A DNA stretch of 64,000 bases, from the NCBI RefSeq assembly GCF_000181795.1, contig NW_003526943.1, positions 1,304,487 through 1,368,486 of the forward strand, in the 5' to 3' direction. A program made the translations under genes and the position numbers. Of the stretch, positions 47,300 to 61,524 are shown piece after piece; position 1 is the stretch's first letter; every line of letters starts with the position of its first letter. The notes under the pieces were generated by a model that worked only from the letters and a program-made list of their open reading frames with translations, was not told the DNA's origin and ran no database searches. Source of the DNA: Trichinella spiralis. Lineage: Eukaryota.

Positions 47300-48654
47300 C
47301 AATTAATTATTTAAATGTTTATTATTAATTTATTTCATTGCATTTTTATTTTTGCAATATTTATTTGTTTTTTTGCATGTATTCAAAAAGAGTAATAATT
47401 TTCGATAAAAGGAACCTACGACAGTAGAATTAATTATCATACACCCTATTTACATATTTGAAGTTTAGAATAATTTTTCAAAACCCAAAATTGCTAAAAA
47501 AGAATTTTAAAATAAAAATACATAAAAAAATTCAAAGAAATATTAATCAAATGTTATTCTTTAATTCAGTATCTTTTCTAAGCAATGCGTACTCATCTTG
47601 AGCAATTTTAGTAATTGAATTTTAAAAAGAGTGCAAAAATATCATTCTATATTTGTAATATTTTATTTTATAAGTTAATTTTAACAGTCGTTATTTTACA
47701 AACACGGAAATTATTGTTAGAACACCAGTTACTATGTTGTAATGTATTAATAAAATAATCAGGTAATGCAAAATTGGCAAACTGTGAAAACATTTGCTCA
47801 TCCTTTTTAAACATTTTAATCATTTAAAGCAATGCATTTTGGAAATGTTGTTTTTGTAAAGAAAAAATATGGTAGCATTTAAAGTTTTGAAAAGTGTCAC
47901 TGACCAATAAACGTCAGCATTTTATTCAAAAAATCAGTCATAATGTCATAGAAAGCCTTTATTTTCAAATTAAATATTTGTTATTTATTGAAGCACTGAT
48001 TGTTACTTTCAAATAATTATATAAAACAAAAATGATAAAGTTTTATATTAAAAAAAAAACAAAAATCTCATATTCATTATAAATGTTCTTTATCAAAAAT
48101 GAAAATCTTAATTTCAGAACTTTTCAGAATAATAACTTTAATAAGCGACAATTATTAAAATGAATAACATTTCATTATTAAATTTTATAATTGTTTTCAA
48201 TTGTAATCAATGCAATTATTATAATGCATGAATAAATTATTTGCAAACATCATTCGAAGTATACAACGGATGCGAATGAAACAGTTACCTTATTAAAACT
48301 TTCCATTCAATGAAGCATACGGTTTGTAAAAAATGAAACAAGTCTAGATATATTAATAAATTTATGTTGAATTTTTTCTTTTTGAAAATAAATCACCACA
48401 TTTGCTGCTGCAAATTGAAATTGTAAAGAATTTTGCATTGAGCAGCATATAGCTGCAAACAGGTAGCGTGTGGTAATTTACTTGTATACAAAATCTGGAT
48501 CAGCTGATCAATGCTTGTATTGTATGTTGGAGGAAAATTTTGTTCACGTGCACAGCTTGAAGAAGCTCTTGGACCGTCTAATTTTCGGTCAGATCGATCC
48601 AAGCATGACCACACCCCTGGCCGCGGACTGGATTGATCTACCCCAGGTAAACGT

Positions 48655-48668
48655 GGAACCATGGCAAC
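48655..48668 (+). promoter_or_regulatory. X-box-like motif upstream of MAPK15
   Basis: GGAACCATGGCAAC: perfect GTTGCCATGG half on the minus strand, about 200 nt before the ATG. Confidence 0.4.
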
Positions 48669-48870
48669 TGCAGACGCATTCAATTAGCCTACGCTTTATT
48701 TGAATGGCTTCAAGCAGTTGTCTGCCCAATGCTTGTTCATTAGTCGCTTCTGGCTGACCATGAAACGCTTCAGTTGAAGACTGGCCAGATCAAAAAAAAA
48801 ACAAACAAACAAAAAATAATAAAAGCAAGCTCACTGTCATCTGTTGTTCATACAGGTAGGCTGAAGTGCA

Positions 48871-51800
48871 ATGTCCGAAGACGTGGACAATCATGTCAGT
48901 TGCCGGTATCAGATAAAGCGACGCCTCGGCAAAGGAGCCTACGGGATTGTGTGGAAAGCTGTGGACAAGCAAAATGGAAATCAAATTGTAGCTTTGAAAA
49001 AAATTTTCGATGCTTTTCGCAATCAGACCGACTCTCAGCGTACATTCAGAGAAATTATGCTGCTTTTGGAATTTCGTCGACATCCGAACATCATTAAATT
49101 GTTGCGCGTCATCAGGGCTACAGGTGACCGTGATATTTATTTAATCTTTGAGCACATGGACACAGACCTGCATAACGTGATCAAAAAAGGCGACATACTC
49201 AAGCCGGTCCACATCCAATTTATCATGTATCAGCTTTTCTGTGCGGTGCTTTACCTCCACTCGGCCAACGTGATTCACCGCGATTTGAAGCCGTCCAACG
49301 TCCTATTGGACGTCAATTGTACAGTCAAGTTGGCCGACTTTGGTCTAGCTCGTTCGTTGCAACAAATCAACACTCCCTCGGCTAATGATCTCGATGGTTC
49401 AGCATTTCCAGAACTGACCGAATACGTGGCCACAAGATGGTACCGGGCGCCGGAAATACTCCTCTCATCCAAGTATTACACCAAAGGGGTCGACATGTGG
49501 TCTCTTGGTAAAATAATCACAAATTTTCTTTTTTCATCTTTTCTCTTTGCACAACAATTTCATTCAATTATACTGATATAATATAATATTATTTTATTTT
49601 ATTATATGCCTGAAAATAGTGAAAATTAATTTGTCATTTTTCAAGCAAATCAATCAAAATTGATTAACATTTATGTCTGCACATTGCAAGACATAAAAAA
49701 GCGCAATCGATCAAGAAATCATTTCTATAGGCTTCCTTGATATTTAATATAGTTTTTTTTTGAAAATTATATAAAGAATTTGCTACTTTCATCACATAAA
49801 ACATGAAAGTGAGAAGAAAATGAGAAACTATTTTTCTTCTTCTTTAAAACATGCAATTATGCAGATTAATAATTTGAAAGATAATGTTAAGAAAAAAAAT
49901 GAAATTTAATTGTTTTCAAAATTAAAATTGAATTAAAATTGAAAGCGGCATTCGTGTGGAAAATAAAACGTTAAAAATGACATTAAACTGAACTTTACGA
50001 CAGGAAATATATTAAGATCTTTGTACCTTTAATTTATTAAAAAATTACTATATAAAATGCATTAGTAAGATTAGAGTTTTTTTCTCTATTCTTCATAAGA
50101 ATAATTCATATTGTTGAGAAAAAAATTGATCATATAATTGTAATCCAATTGATCTAAGCGATGATAATGACAATAAATTTTGCTTTGCTTCGTCTCTGTG
50201 TGTGTGTGTGTGTGCGCGCGTGGATTTGTGCTATGTGAGTTTACGTAAGATCTATAAAAGAAAGGTCTCGTTTCTTCTCAATTTTTCTTTCAAATATTGC
50301 ATTAATTAATTTACCCATGCAATCAATACAGATTTTTAGAGAACATTTATTCTTTTATAGTGATTTTTATGACGACTTATCTATAACCTTGGTTTTAACA
50401 TAATATTATTTATTGATGAAGGTTGTTTAAAATTAATGAAGGTGTTCATTAGCAAATGTTTCGTATGGGGAACAAAAGAAAAGCCGAACTAGAATGCATT
50501 GAACGATGCAACTAAATGAAACACATGCAACATTTATATATAATGAAGAATAATAATTTTTCTTTTCAAGAATAAGTTTGCTAAAGTAGAATTTTGATCT
50601 TTTCTTTTTATTGTATTTTTAATCAATTTTTATATTTGAAATAAGCATTTCAGGTTGTATACTTGGAGAAATGTTGAACGGCAAGCCGCTGTTTCCAGGC
50701 ACATCGACAATAAATCAGATAGAAAAAATCATCGAAGTTATTCTTCCTCCAAGTGCTTCGGATATAGAAAGCATTGGTTCCAAGTATGCAGCCGCGGTTC
50801 TGAAAACCATGGTCAACTTGCCGACAAAGACCATCGAATCCACCATAACCAAAGCGCCCTGCTTTGCTTTGGATTTGATAAAACGTCTGCTGGTATTCAA
50901 CCCGAACAAAAGGTTGAGCATTGAAGAATCCCTACGCCATCCGTACGTGCGCTTGTTTCACAATCCTAGTGAAGAGTTCGTCATGGATCACAAAGTGAAA
51001 CTGTCCTTAAATGACGACGTACAGCTTTCAATCAATGAGTACAGAAATAAATTGTACGAATTAATACAGCGCCAAGATTTTCCCGGTGATTTGGATAATT
51101 TTTCAATACAGCCAACTCTCAATCAATCAGATAAACAGTTTAATCATATTGATTCCAATTGTAAACCAAAGCAGTCAAAAGTGATCAAAAATCGAACTTT
51201 GAAACAAGAAAAAGAAGGTAATTCATTTTTATTACATATTAAATAATAATAAGAATATTTCAATTGACATTTCATATAACAATTGTAATAATAATTGCTA
51301 TTTTTTCATAAATTTAAGAAAAATGGAAAAAAAATTCACATTCACTTTAAAAGAAAAAAAAATATACATCTTCATATGATTAAATTTGTTGTGATCCTTT
51401 AATAATTCTATTATCATTGTTGATTTTTAGTATTATTTTACTTTTGTTGAATTTTCATTAAACATCATTCATTCATTTTATGAATAAAAATACAGCAAAT
51501 AATCTTAGTTAATATTGTTAAATTGAAACTTAATACTTCACTTTTAAGTATTCATAATGTTTTAGAAATAGTTTACAAAGGTAATTAAATAGCAAAGTAA
51601 GGGATAGTATTTATTCTATTTGCATCCTATTTGTAAAGTTATTACTGAAAAAATATAATTCAAAAAATATAATTCGATTAAGATTCACTATTCGGTATAT
51701 TATCATTTCACAGTAGATAAACATAATGCTTTTTCTGTTGCTGTGAAATAACATACTCGCCCGTTGTTAATTCGTAAATAGATTGTTGTGTTTTTTCCAA

Positions 51801-52465
51801 ATATTACTTATTTTCATAATTGCTAAGTGGAAAATAATTGATATAGGTGATACGTAATAATTGAAAGGGGCATTTTGCTTTCAGATTCCGAATCGATGCA
51901 TTCTAGCAATGCTGAAGAGAACAACGATAACCAAGAAACTGTACGACCGGGAGTTGCGGTCAACGGGGAAATTGGCTTATTGCCAAAACGAAGCAATTAT
52001 TTCAAATCGTTTTCCAAGGGTTCCAAATTAGGCGCCGATCGATCGCCTGGAGACGGTCATAATAAAAGTGTCAAGAATAAGCTGAACACCAACGAATCAA
52101 CGGCAGCCGGTCAATTTTTCCCCTTTCTCCAACGAGCCAGAAGCGTCGAAGTGCACAGGAAAAGCCACCAGTCGACGACCACAGCCAAGGGTTCAGCGGA
52201 TTGTTCGACCACAAAGCGTGGCACGTTGAATTCGACGTCCAAAGGGGTCAAAAGCAGCAATGGAACCGGCCACGCCCCAAGCAGACCGATCCCCCTGTCC
52301 GAAACCAAAGCTACACTGAGGCGCAGCTTCGATTCGACCAACTTTGGCAGTTTTTGGCGCCGGACCCCGTCCGAAAGCCGTGCCAAAAACCCCAACGACT
52401 GGACCGTGATCACCAGAGGTCAGCTCAAGGCTTTCAAAGAGCTCACATTAGGCTCGAGATCGTGA
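48871..52465 (+). CDS. MAPK15: Atypical MAP kinase MAPK15 (ERK7/8); exons 48871-49507, 50654-51217, 51885-52465
   Basis: [54 protein letters not shown] (TEY), [19 protein letters not shown], low-complexity C-terminal tail. Confidence 0.95.
50197..50214. repeat. (TG)n microsatellite in MAPK15 intron 1
   Basis: Directly visible dinucleotide run. Confidence 0.9.
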
Positions 52466-52485
52466 ACGCTTTTTTCTTCAAATGC

Positions 52486-52510
52486 CTTCTTCTTCTTCTT
52501 CTTCTTCTTC
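52486..52510. repeat. (CTT)n microsatellite in the MAPK15 3' UTR
   Basis: Directly visible trinucleotide run. Confidence 0.9.
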
Positions 52511-54016
52511 ATTCATTGGTCACAGAAAATTATGTGGGCAATTGGAATTTTTGTTTAAATTAAAATAATTTTTTTTTCTTCACTTTCTCACACTATCACT
52601 ACTCTATTTAAATTATTTCAATCGATCAAGCATAATCAGGAAATAACAAAAAAAATCAAATCTACTTATTAAAATAATCCATTAAAATTAAAAAAATAAT
52701 TCATCATCAAACTCACATTGATGAATTTCAGAGATTGAGCAAAGATTGCGGCATAAATTCAATTTTTTGATGAAAACAAACAAATGGAAAAAGCCCCATA
52801 CCACTCTTTGCCGTCGCCGTTACACCTCAATATTGACATATCTTAAAAGCTTTTCATTTATTACTTAAAAGAAAAAATGATAATAATAATAAGCTGCAAT
52901 TTGTTCCACGATTTTAATTTTGAAAAACAATTACTCATTAAAAAAAAGAATTCAAATTTTCTCTTCATCACATGATTAAATGGTGTAAATTTGACAAATG
53001 ACGGTATGAAATGTTGTAAAACAAAAAAAAATTTAAAAGAATGCATTAGCTATTTGCAAGTCTAAAGTCGACGAAACGCTTTTGTGCAAAAACTAGCCTT
53101 GCATCTGTCTTGAAGTTGTTCTAAAGAATGAATGGAATGCATGGAATATGATATTCACTGAAATTATTTGTGTTTACATCATACAATAAATAAATCAACC
53201 GCAGAATATTAATTTATAATTAAAAGCAGATGCAGGTTGATCATTTTAAAGAATAGCGTGTGAAATAATAGATCAATGTCACCTCAGTAATTAAATAATT
53301 TGTATAGATTTTTGTAAAAACAAAACAATTTTATCACGAAACATCATTTCAAATAAATTTATCAGTTATATTAATAAAATAATTTTTATAAATTAAAATG
53401 TTTTTCAAAAAATTACAAAACTTTTCTGAGTAAAATGGTTGTTTCAGTTAATGAGTTATCATTTACTGTATTAAATGAAAATAGAGTTTAATTTGAAAAC
53501 AAAAGTCTTTTTTTCAAGTGAATCTATTTTATTCGAGAAATAAATTTCATTTTTGCCTGTTATTGACTTTATTTTTGAAATTAATTATACAATGTGATAT
53601 GATAAGTTTTGATGTTTTAACTTGAAAATCACAAGCCATTTGTTTGTATGCTAGAATTCCCTCTTTGGCATAATTTGACCTACCTGTGCCCTTCCGATAT
53701 TAAGTAATTTTTTTATTAGATTGTATTTATTGAACGATAAATTTTGTGCATGGAATTTTGGATCATTGAGAAAAAATTTTTATTGTAAATTATTTAATCG
53801 AATGAAGAAGTAGCTGTTTCATTGGTTCAGTAATGTTTGTATGATTAACAACAGAAAGTTGAGTAATCAAACGATTATTATTATTATTATTATCGTGAGT
53901 TGTTGGTAAATTTTGGTAAAACCATTTTTACAAATAGATTTGTTTGCGTACGTTCATGCGGGCAACTTAAGACTTGATTTATTTAAGCAGTATTCGTTGG
54001 CTTTACTAAGTGTTCA

Positions 54017-54049
<33 letters not shown>

Positions 54050-54468
54050 TCTTATCAAGAGTCGATTAATCTTATCGAATGTTCTGATGGGTCAGATGAT
54101 GCTGATGATTATAACGGGTGAATTGATTAGTTGTGTTTGTTTTTCGTTGTTTGCTTTTATTCTTAATCGAGTTTTTTCCGCATTACACGGAAATTTTTTG
54201 TGTAATCTCATCTGATTTATGCTCATAATGTTGCCCCGTAATCAGTTTTTATATATTCTGCGTTAATGTTTGCTATTTCATTTTCAAACGGAACAATTGC
54301 TCAACTTCTATCGCCCTATCCGTGTTATTCATTTAAATGCATGCTTTAAACTCTGCTTTTGCATAATTTGAAATATGTAATCGAATTTTGAGGATATTTT
54401 TTTTGTTTGTTTGTAGAACACACTCCATTGTTGTTGATTTTAACGTTTTTAATGCTTTGAAAAAGAGA

Positions 54469-57400
54469 ATGGCTTCTGTGCCGGGAGAAGTTGAACAACA
54501 ACGCGATTCGCTCAATTCGTGGCCTAACAAACGAGAAGATTATGAATTGAAAGAATTGATCGGTTTGCATTTTTATTAATTTTTTCATCCACTAGATTTG
54601 TACTAAATTATCTCCTATTGTTCATAATATTATTTTTAAATTATGATTGCGTGAATTATCTTCACCTGTCCAAGGTGTTCGAATTGTTTGTTTTTTGGAA
54701 AATTATTAATTTCACTGAAAAACCGGTTAAATTGAAATATTTCTCAGTTATAACGCGTTTGTTCAAAATTTATAAAATTAGTGAACCAACGCATGAAAAT
54801 GGTGACTTTGCTTGGTCTGGTTGACACAGTTCAACGCTGGTGTTCGTTCGCGGTTGGTATTCATTTAATTCGACTTTTATGCCATTACTTACTTCCTGGT
54901 TATTATTATTATTGAAAAATTATTAACGTGCATGCATTTGCCAGTTTGAACAGAAACAACTCCGTCGACTGGCGTTGACGAATGACATTTAGCAACTGAC
55001 ACTGACTCGTTTATTCTGCGCAAACATTTTTCGTCATATTGATTTACACCTACCACGCAATAGCAGTCGTAGAACGTTCTAGGCTTGTGCTTTTGCAAAT
55101 AAGGTTTTCTTCTCGGTGAAAATTGCAGCCCTCGCCGTTCTTTCAATAGTGCCCCGCTGTCGAGAGTGCAGAGAAGCAAAAATCGTTACTGCAAACTCTC
55201 CGAGGGCTTTAACTTCTCCACATCGTTGCACGCGTAACTAAGATACAAGAGAACAAAATTCTTCCACGCATCTTTGCAAATCATTCACTTTTCCATTTCT
55301 GTTCCTCTTTATGCTAATGTGACATGTTTACGCAACGTCGACATCTTGTTTCCGCTTCATTATCACCAATGGAACATTTCAGTTCTATTCACTGCATGTA
55401 CTTCAGTAGTATATGCAGGTACAATTGTTTGCTTTCATTCCTACTGTAAGATTTTCTGAGCAGTTTGTGAAATTGAGAAAAAAGAACAAATTGTCTGTTT
55501 TTCAGTTGACAGATTTAATTCAGATAATTTTTCTATTTAAACTTTATTAATCAGCTGTATTTATTTTGTTATTTTATGTGAAATTGCTGCACATTATTAA
55601 TTCATCGTCTCATTCGAATATTTTTTATTCACATTTGAATAATTTTCAAAGTATACATTTATTTTTTTTACTGCGTTCAGGTGTTGGGGCTACGGCATCA
55701 GTTTATTCGGCGATCTGTTTGCCACGAAATGAAAAATGCGCTATAAAACAGATCAATTTAGAAAAATGCAATACCAGCATGGACGAATTACTTGTATGTT
55801 TTGCCGTACTTGTCGGTTATCTGAAAAATTTTGCATAATTTTTTCAAGATTTATTTTCCATTTAGCACGAAATTCAGGCAATGCGTCAGTGTTCACATCC
55901 GAACGTTGTCAGCTATTACACATCTTTTGTTGTGGGCGAAGAACTTTGGGTAGTCATGAAACTGCTTTCCTGCGGTTTGTCAACATATATTATTCATTAC
56001 ATGTAGTTTGCTTAAATTTATTGTTCTTTTTTTTCTTGTAGGTTCTTTTTTGGATATTTTGAAGAATAAGATGAAAAATTCTGACTGTAAGCATGGTGTT
56101 CTTGATGAAGTGACAATTGCAACTATAATGAAAGAAGTGTTGAAAGGATTGGAATATTTTCACAACAATGGTCAAATTCATAGGTTAGAATTTTATCCAA
56201 AAAATAATATATGTATATATTAGTAGCCTACCCGGTTGATCAGTAATATTTTTTCTTACAATAGGGATATAAAGGCGGGTAATATTCTTCTGTCTGAAGA
56301 TGGAACTATTCAAATAGCTGATTTCGGTGTATCATCATGGTTAGCTACTGGTGGTGATTTGTCCAGACAGAAAGTTCGTCATACTTTTGTCGGTACACCT
56401 TGTTGGATGGCGCCAGAAGTTATGGAACAAGTGAGAACAGTGAACATATTTCAAAGTCGATTTATTTACTGATTAATGTACAACTTTTAGGTGACGGGAT
56501 ACGATTTCAAAGCTGACATTTGGAGCTTTGGTATATTAGCTATTGAATTAGCTACTGGCACTGCCCCATATCATAAATATCCACCAATGAAGGTAGTGTG
56601 CTTCTCAAAAGAAAGTGCAGTAATAGCATTTTCAACGAATTTCAATTTTCTTCTACTCAGGTGCTTATGTTGACTCTTCAAAATGACCCTCCGACTATGG
56701 ATACTTGTGCAGAAGAGAAAGAACAGTACAAGTATTACGGGAAGACGTTTCGAAAAATGGTCGCAGAATGTTTACAAAAGGATCCCACCAAGCGGTAATC
56801 AACACACACACACACACACAAATATATGACATCAACGTTGTCGACAAGGTTTCGTTTTTTTTCGTTTTGCATATTTAAGCCCAACGGCAACGGAACTGCT
56901 GAAGCACAGCTTTTTCAAAAAAGCCAAAGACAGGCGATGGTTAGTTCATGCCTTGCTGGAAACTGGGGTCGGAGTGAATTTGCAAGCTCGAGCTCAGCAA
57001 GTACGCGATTGCATATTATGTAAAAAACAAAAAGCAACATCCGGTGATTGGATTCTTTTCTTTTTTGTCAGGCGAGACGTCTGGCCAAAGATCCTGCCGT
57101 GAAGCTTGAAGAACAGGAACCGGAACTTGTGCCCTGGGTTTTCCAATCAAGCGAAAGCGAAGGTGAAGGTGAAGATGACGCCGAGCAGACGGTCACCGGC
57201 GCCGAATCAGCGGCAGCTTCTAAAGTAAGAAAGAACCAAAAGAACGACAGCTTGCTTATTCGAAATAACTGTTGAATTAATCAATAATTGTCTGTTTTGT
57301 GGTTTTCTTTTCACGTTTGCACTGAAATTAATGTACAATCACACTCTCTTACTTTTAATTGGATGTTTCAGTTGAAGGAAGAACAGGCGAATGTGTTGCC

Positions 57401-58294
57401 CCCGTCTTCGACCAACGTTAAAGTTGAATCACCATCATCACGGGCTGTTTCACTGTCCGTACGTATAAAATAGCGTCAATTCATTTGCTTCTTATCCACT
57501 AAAAGCAGATCAATTCAGTCTGATAAACTTTTAATAATCAATGTGTATTGTTTTCTTTTCTCGTTTGTGCTTGTTTAATTTTTCAAAATGTTAAATGCAA
57601 ATTAGGGAAAGTTGAAATTTCCAGTGTGTTGGTGGAAATTATGTGAATGAGAAAACTATACTGATTTGATCACTAATTTGTTGTATTGAGTAGTTTTTTT
57701 TTGATTTTAGCAGCAGCAGCACCAACAAAATGGCAGAGCTATTCATTTGGTTCTTAGATTGCGCAATGCCAGCCGAGAACTTAATGATATAAAGTTCGAA
57801 TTCACTCCGGGAGTTGGTAAGTTGTAGCTGGTTGTTTCACCGATGATGTTAATTTTGCATTTGAAATCAACTGTATATTTTTATTTACCTTTGTTTCTTT
57901 TTAGATACCGTAGAGGGTGTATCTCGAGAATTGGTTGGTGCAGGTTTGATTAATTCTACAGATGTAGCTGTCGGTTAGTTGTCATAGTTCTGATTTGAAA
58001 AAAAAACTTCACTTTAAATTGCTTCGTTTCAGTTAGCTCCAATTTACACAAAATAGTAGACGACGCTGCGTGTGAGACTTCTGTGATATTTGCTTTAGTA
58101 AGTATCTTTTCTTGCATGGTAAAAGAAGGAATGAAAGCTTGGTATGAATGATGTATGTTCGAACGGTTTTGTTTCAGAATTCAGGTTGCCTACCGAATGA
58201 AATACCAGACGAGAAAACGTTAGTTGGATTTGGACAACTTTCCATAGTTGACAATCAATCAGTCGAAGCACCTCCGTCGTCACAAAGTGTCTGA
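54469..58294 (+). CDS. STE20-family SPAK/OSR1 kinase (gck-3-like)
   Basis: [96 protein letters not shown] domain [25 protein letters not shown]...[14 protein letters not shown]. Confidence 0.95.
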
Positions 58295-58316
58295 CTTTCG
58301 TTGCGGACGATGATTA

Positions 58317-58341
58317 ATATATATATATATATATATATATA
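58317..58341. repeat. (AT)n microsatellite after the SPAK/OSR1 stop (a similar run lies at about 54025-54050)
   Basis: Directly visible dinucleotide run. Confidence 0.9.
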
Positions 58342-58748
58342 CATATTTATATATGAGAAATATTCTTGCCAGTATTATACATTTTTTAAATTGCCCTTTG
58401 AGTTGGTAATGATTTGTGTGATTGAGCAAGAATTACCCACTCTCTCGGTTGTGCGCCTGTGTTTCATAGCATTGTGGATGATGATGATGATGATGCTCTT
58501 TTCGTTTTGCGCGGCTAGTGATTACTATTAGCTGATTCTGGAAATCCTTTATCAATTTGTATTCCCCCACCCCCCCCCCCCTCTATCTCTCTCCCTCTCC
58601 CTCTCCCTATATCTCTATATCTCGTTGTTTTCTCTCATTTTGATTTCCTCTTTAGGCATACGTTGTTATTTTTTTGAAAATGCAAATTCACGCAGTGAAA
58701 CTTATTTATAGTTGTTTATGGGTTTGTTGTTGTCATTGTTGTTGTAAC

Positions 58749-60831
58749 TCACAGGTAAAGCTTAATCAATTCGTCACTGACTGCAGTTGGAGTGAGAATG
58801 CCCAAATCAGTGAAAAGCAGCGTGATGTATTTTGCGGGCGTGTAGTCGACTCGCGGATGTTCTGATAATTTTTCACACGACTTCTGAAGGAGAGAAAGAA
58901 TTAGAAAAAACAAAACAAAACATACAATTCATCATTATGATATAACATACTGTAAAATGTTGAGTTAAATCTGACTGAGTGAGTGGATATGACTTCACAA
59001 ATTTAATACTTTCCACTAGCACGTAGAATGGTTTGTTCATCGCTTTGGCACAAATTGCTATCGTTAATGTGCCGATCTGAAATTATTCGACAGAATTCGA
59101 AATTATTAGTCTGTCTTTTGTATATAAATATGGAAAAGTGTAACAGACATTTATTTCATTTGCAATGTTCAACTATATTATTACTTTGTTAATAATGCCA
59201 CCAGATTCGACTACACCTTCAGCACCAACAAGAACAAAATCGATGTTTTCCATAAAATAGCTAAACTTTATTTAATCAAATTATTTTACATTCAATTAAC
59301 TTTAACCGTCATTCAATTACCCAACGCTGGAGTCTGTTATCTGCATGTATTGGATACCAGCCTGCCTGAGACAATCATAAAAATCATTTCCACCATTGCT
59401 TGATTTAGATTCTGTGATGAAAACTTCAAGCTGCTTGCCATCTTCAGCTGCTTGACACAAAGCTCTCAGTACTACACAACTTCTGGCATGAACCATAATT
59501 TTCTAATATAAAATTTTTTCATAACTTATGCACACTTTTGAAAATAACGTTACCGATCCATTGCGGATGAACGATCGACAAAGTGAAGCTATCTTTTGCC
59601 TGCTGGCTGCAACTCGACAGAGAAATATTTGACCACGTTCTAATAACACTTTCACACAATCCGAGAAATCTTGATCCTACGATGATACGATATGTAACAG
59701 TTTATGAAACAAGAAAACAGCAACAAAGTTATAACAATTGCTATATTATGTCTGTTTTTTATTTAATAAATTAATGTTAAAATGCATTTTAAAAGTTGAA
59801 ATAAAAGTTCGTTAAAAAATAAAATTACACTAACATTAACAACAGGGCATGTAAGACAAACAAACTAAATTTACAAACACATTTGATGCATACTCATTTG
59901 CTGTAACACTTGAATTAATATTTACAGTATTTTGTGCTATTCATAATGCATTTAAAGTCTAACAAATCATAAAAATTATCTGGTCATGTTACGTGCTTCA
60001 TTTATTGAATTATTCACGTAGCAGGAAACTGCTTAATGATTATAAATAAAAACAAATTACACAGAAATCAATATAACGTGAAATAAACAGATTATTCCTT
60101 TAATCACTTTGCATCACCTTACAAATATGATAAAATATCAGCAAAACAACCAGATGTTATTATACATAAAATTAAATTTATAACGTTAAATGCAGTGCAA
60201 AACTGGCTTTACCCATAACAAAATCAATGCATAAAATACTGTTGAAAATATTAAATACGAAAACATGCTTTCCAAAAATTGCTTACCGGTTTATCCAAGG
60301 TTGTTAATGAAATAAAACGCATAAAAAGTTCGCTTGCTGAAGAAACAGCAGTGTATGAATAATTAGTATTTAGCATTATTTCAATGGCTTTCTTCAACTC
60401 ATTACTTAAACCAACGAGAGTAGTAGCTGCAAGTATATCTGTCATTATATTTGATAAATTTTAAAGCAACTAAAAATTACAATCATACCTTGACTGCGCT
60501 TTACGCATTCATAAAGCGTTTCAATGCTAGCAATTGCAGGAGATTTTTGCTTACTTGATATACATAAAGATGTAAAAAGATGAGCTATTTCTAAAGTAAA
60601 AATATTTCAAGTAAATTGCAATTCAATAGCAAATAAAACATATAAAATCAATTAATATAAATTGCATTTAATTACATTGGTAACATTTCTAAAATGCTGT
60701 TCAAAGAAACAGACATGCACACAAATAAATCTTTTATAATATAAGCAGCAAATTTAAAACTACTCTTATTAAACCTTTAAAAATTTATCTCGTATTATCA
60801 TAATAAAGAATGCTATACCGTTGTCTTGCAT
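58749..60831 (-). CDS. EIF2B1: Translation initiation factor eIF2B subunit alpha
   Basis: [84 protein letters not shown]; the short first exon MQDN at 60831 is tentative. Confidence 0.93.
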
Positions 60832-61524
60832 TTTTTGTGATGACAAAAAATATTCACCAAAAAAATAAAAATTTGTTGTAGAGAGAAATTCACAAAAGAC
60901 GTTTAAAGATGAAAAAATTGTTGTGAATAGTTTACTGTAATATACTGTAACACCCAGCAGTCCTTTCTATTTGTAAATTTTAAACAAATTTTAAATTAAA
61001 GTAAGAAAAGAAATATAGTTTTAAAGCAGAATTATAATGCTTTAAATTAATTAATATTTATTAATACTTTGATCCGCACAGAGTACTTTTTTGCTTAAAG
61101 TTGTTTTTAGTTTAAAAAACTATAATTCATGCGCACATTTAATTTGAAATTAAACTAGTTCCACTTTTATCCATAATTTTCATTTTTTGATATTAAAAAT
61201 CATGTTATTAAGAAAATTTTAGCATTACATTTAATATTTTTGCTTATTTTGTTTATTTAGATGTAAAGCATGTTGATTAATTAGTGACTGGATTTCAGTT
61301 GAAGCTGGAAATTTTTGTAAGTTGACTTATAAGGTAGTTGATGTTTAAAAAATGTCGAAAACCTGTTCTATTTATTTAAATAGTTGAATAAACAATTGTA
61401 AGAAAATTATGAATCACGAAATAAAGACCTACATATCATGTATATGGTAGTTTGATTATTGGTGTAAGTAGTGTGTGCAGCGAGCATTTATTAAACTAGT
61501 TATACGTATGCGTGTTCATATGTT

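Noticed and set aside
48774..52563. Overlapping and antisense ORFs on MAPK15 exons
   Set aside because: Shadow frames of GC-richer coding exons.
54800..55460. GC-richer region and ORF 54889-55179 in SPAK/OSR1 intron 1
   Set aside because: No recognisable protein or splice-compatible exon; could be regulatory but unsupported.
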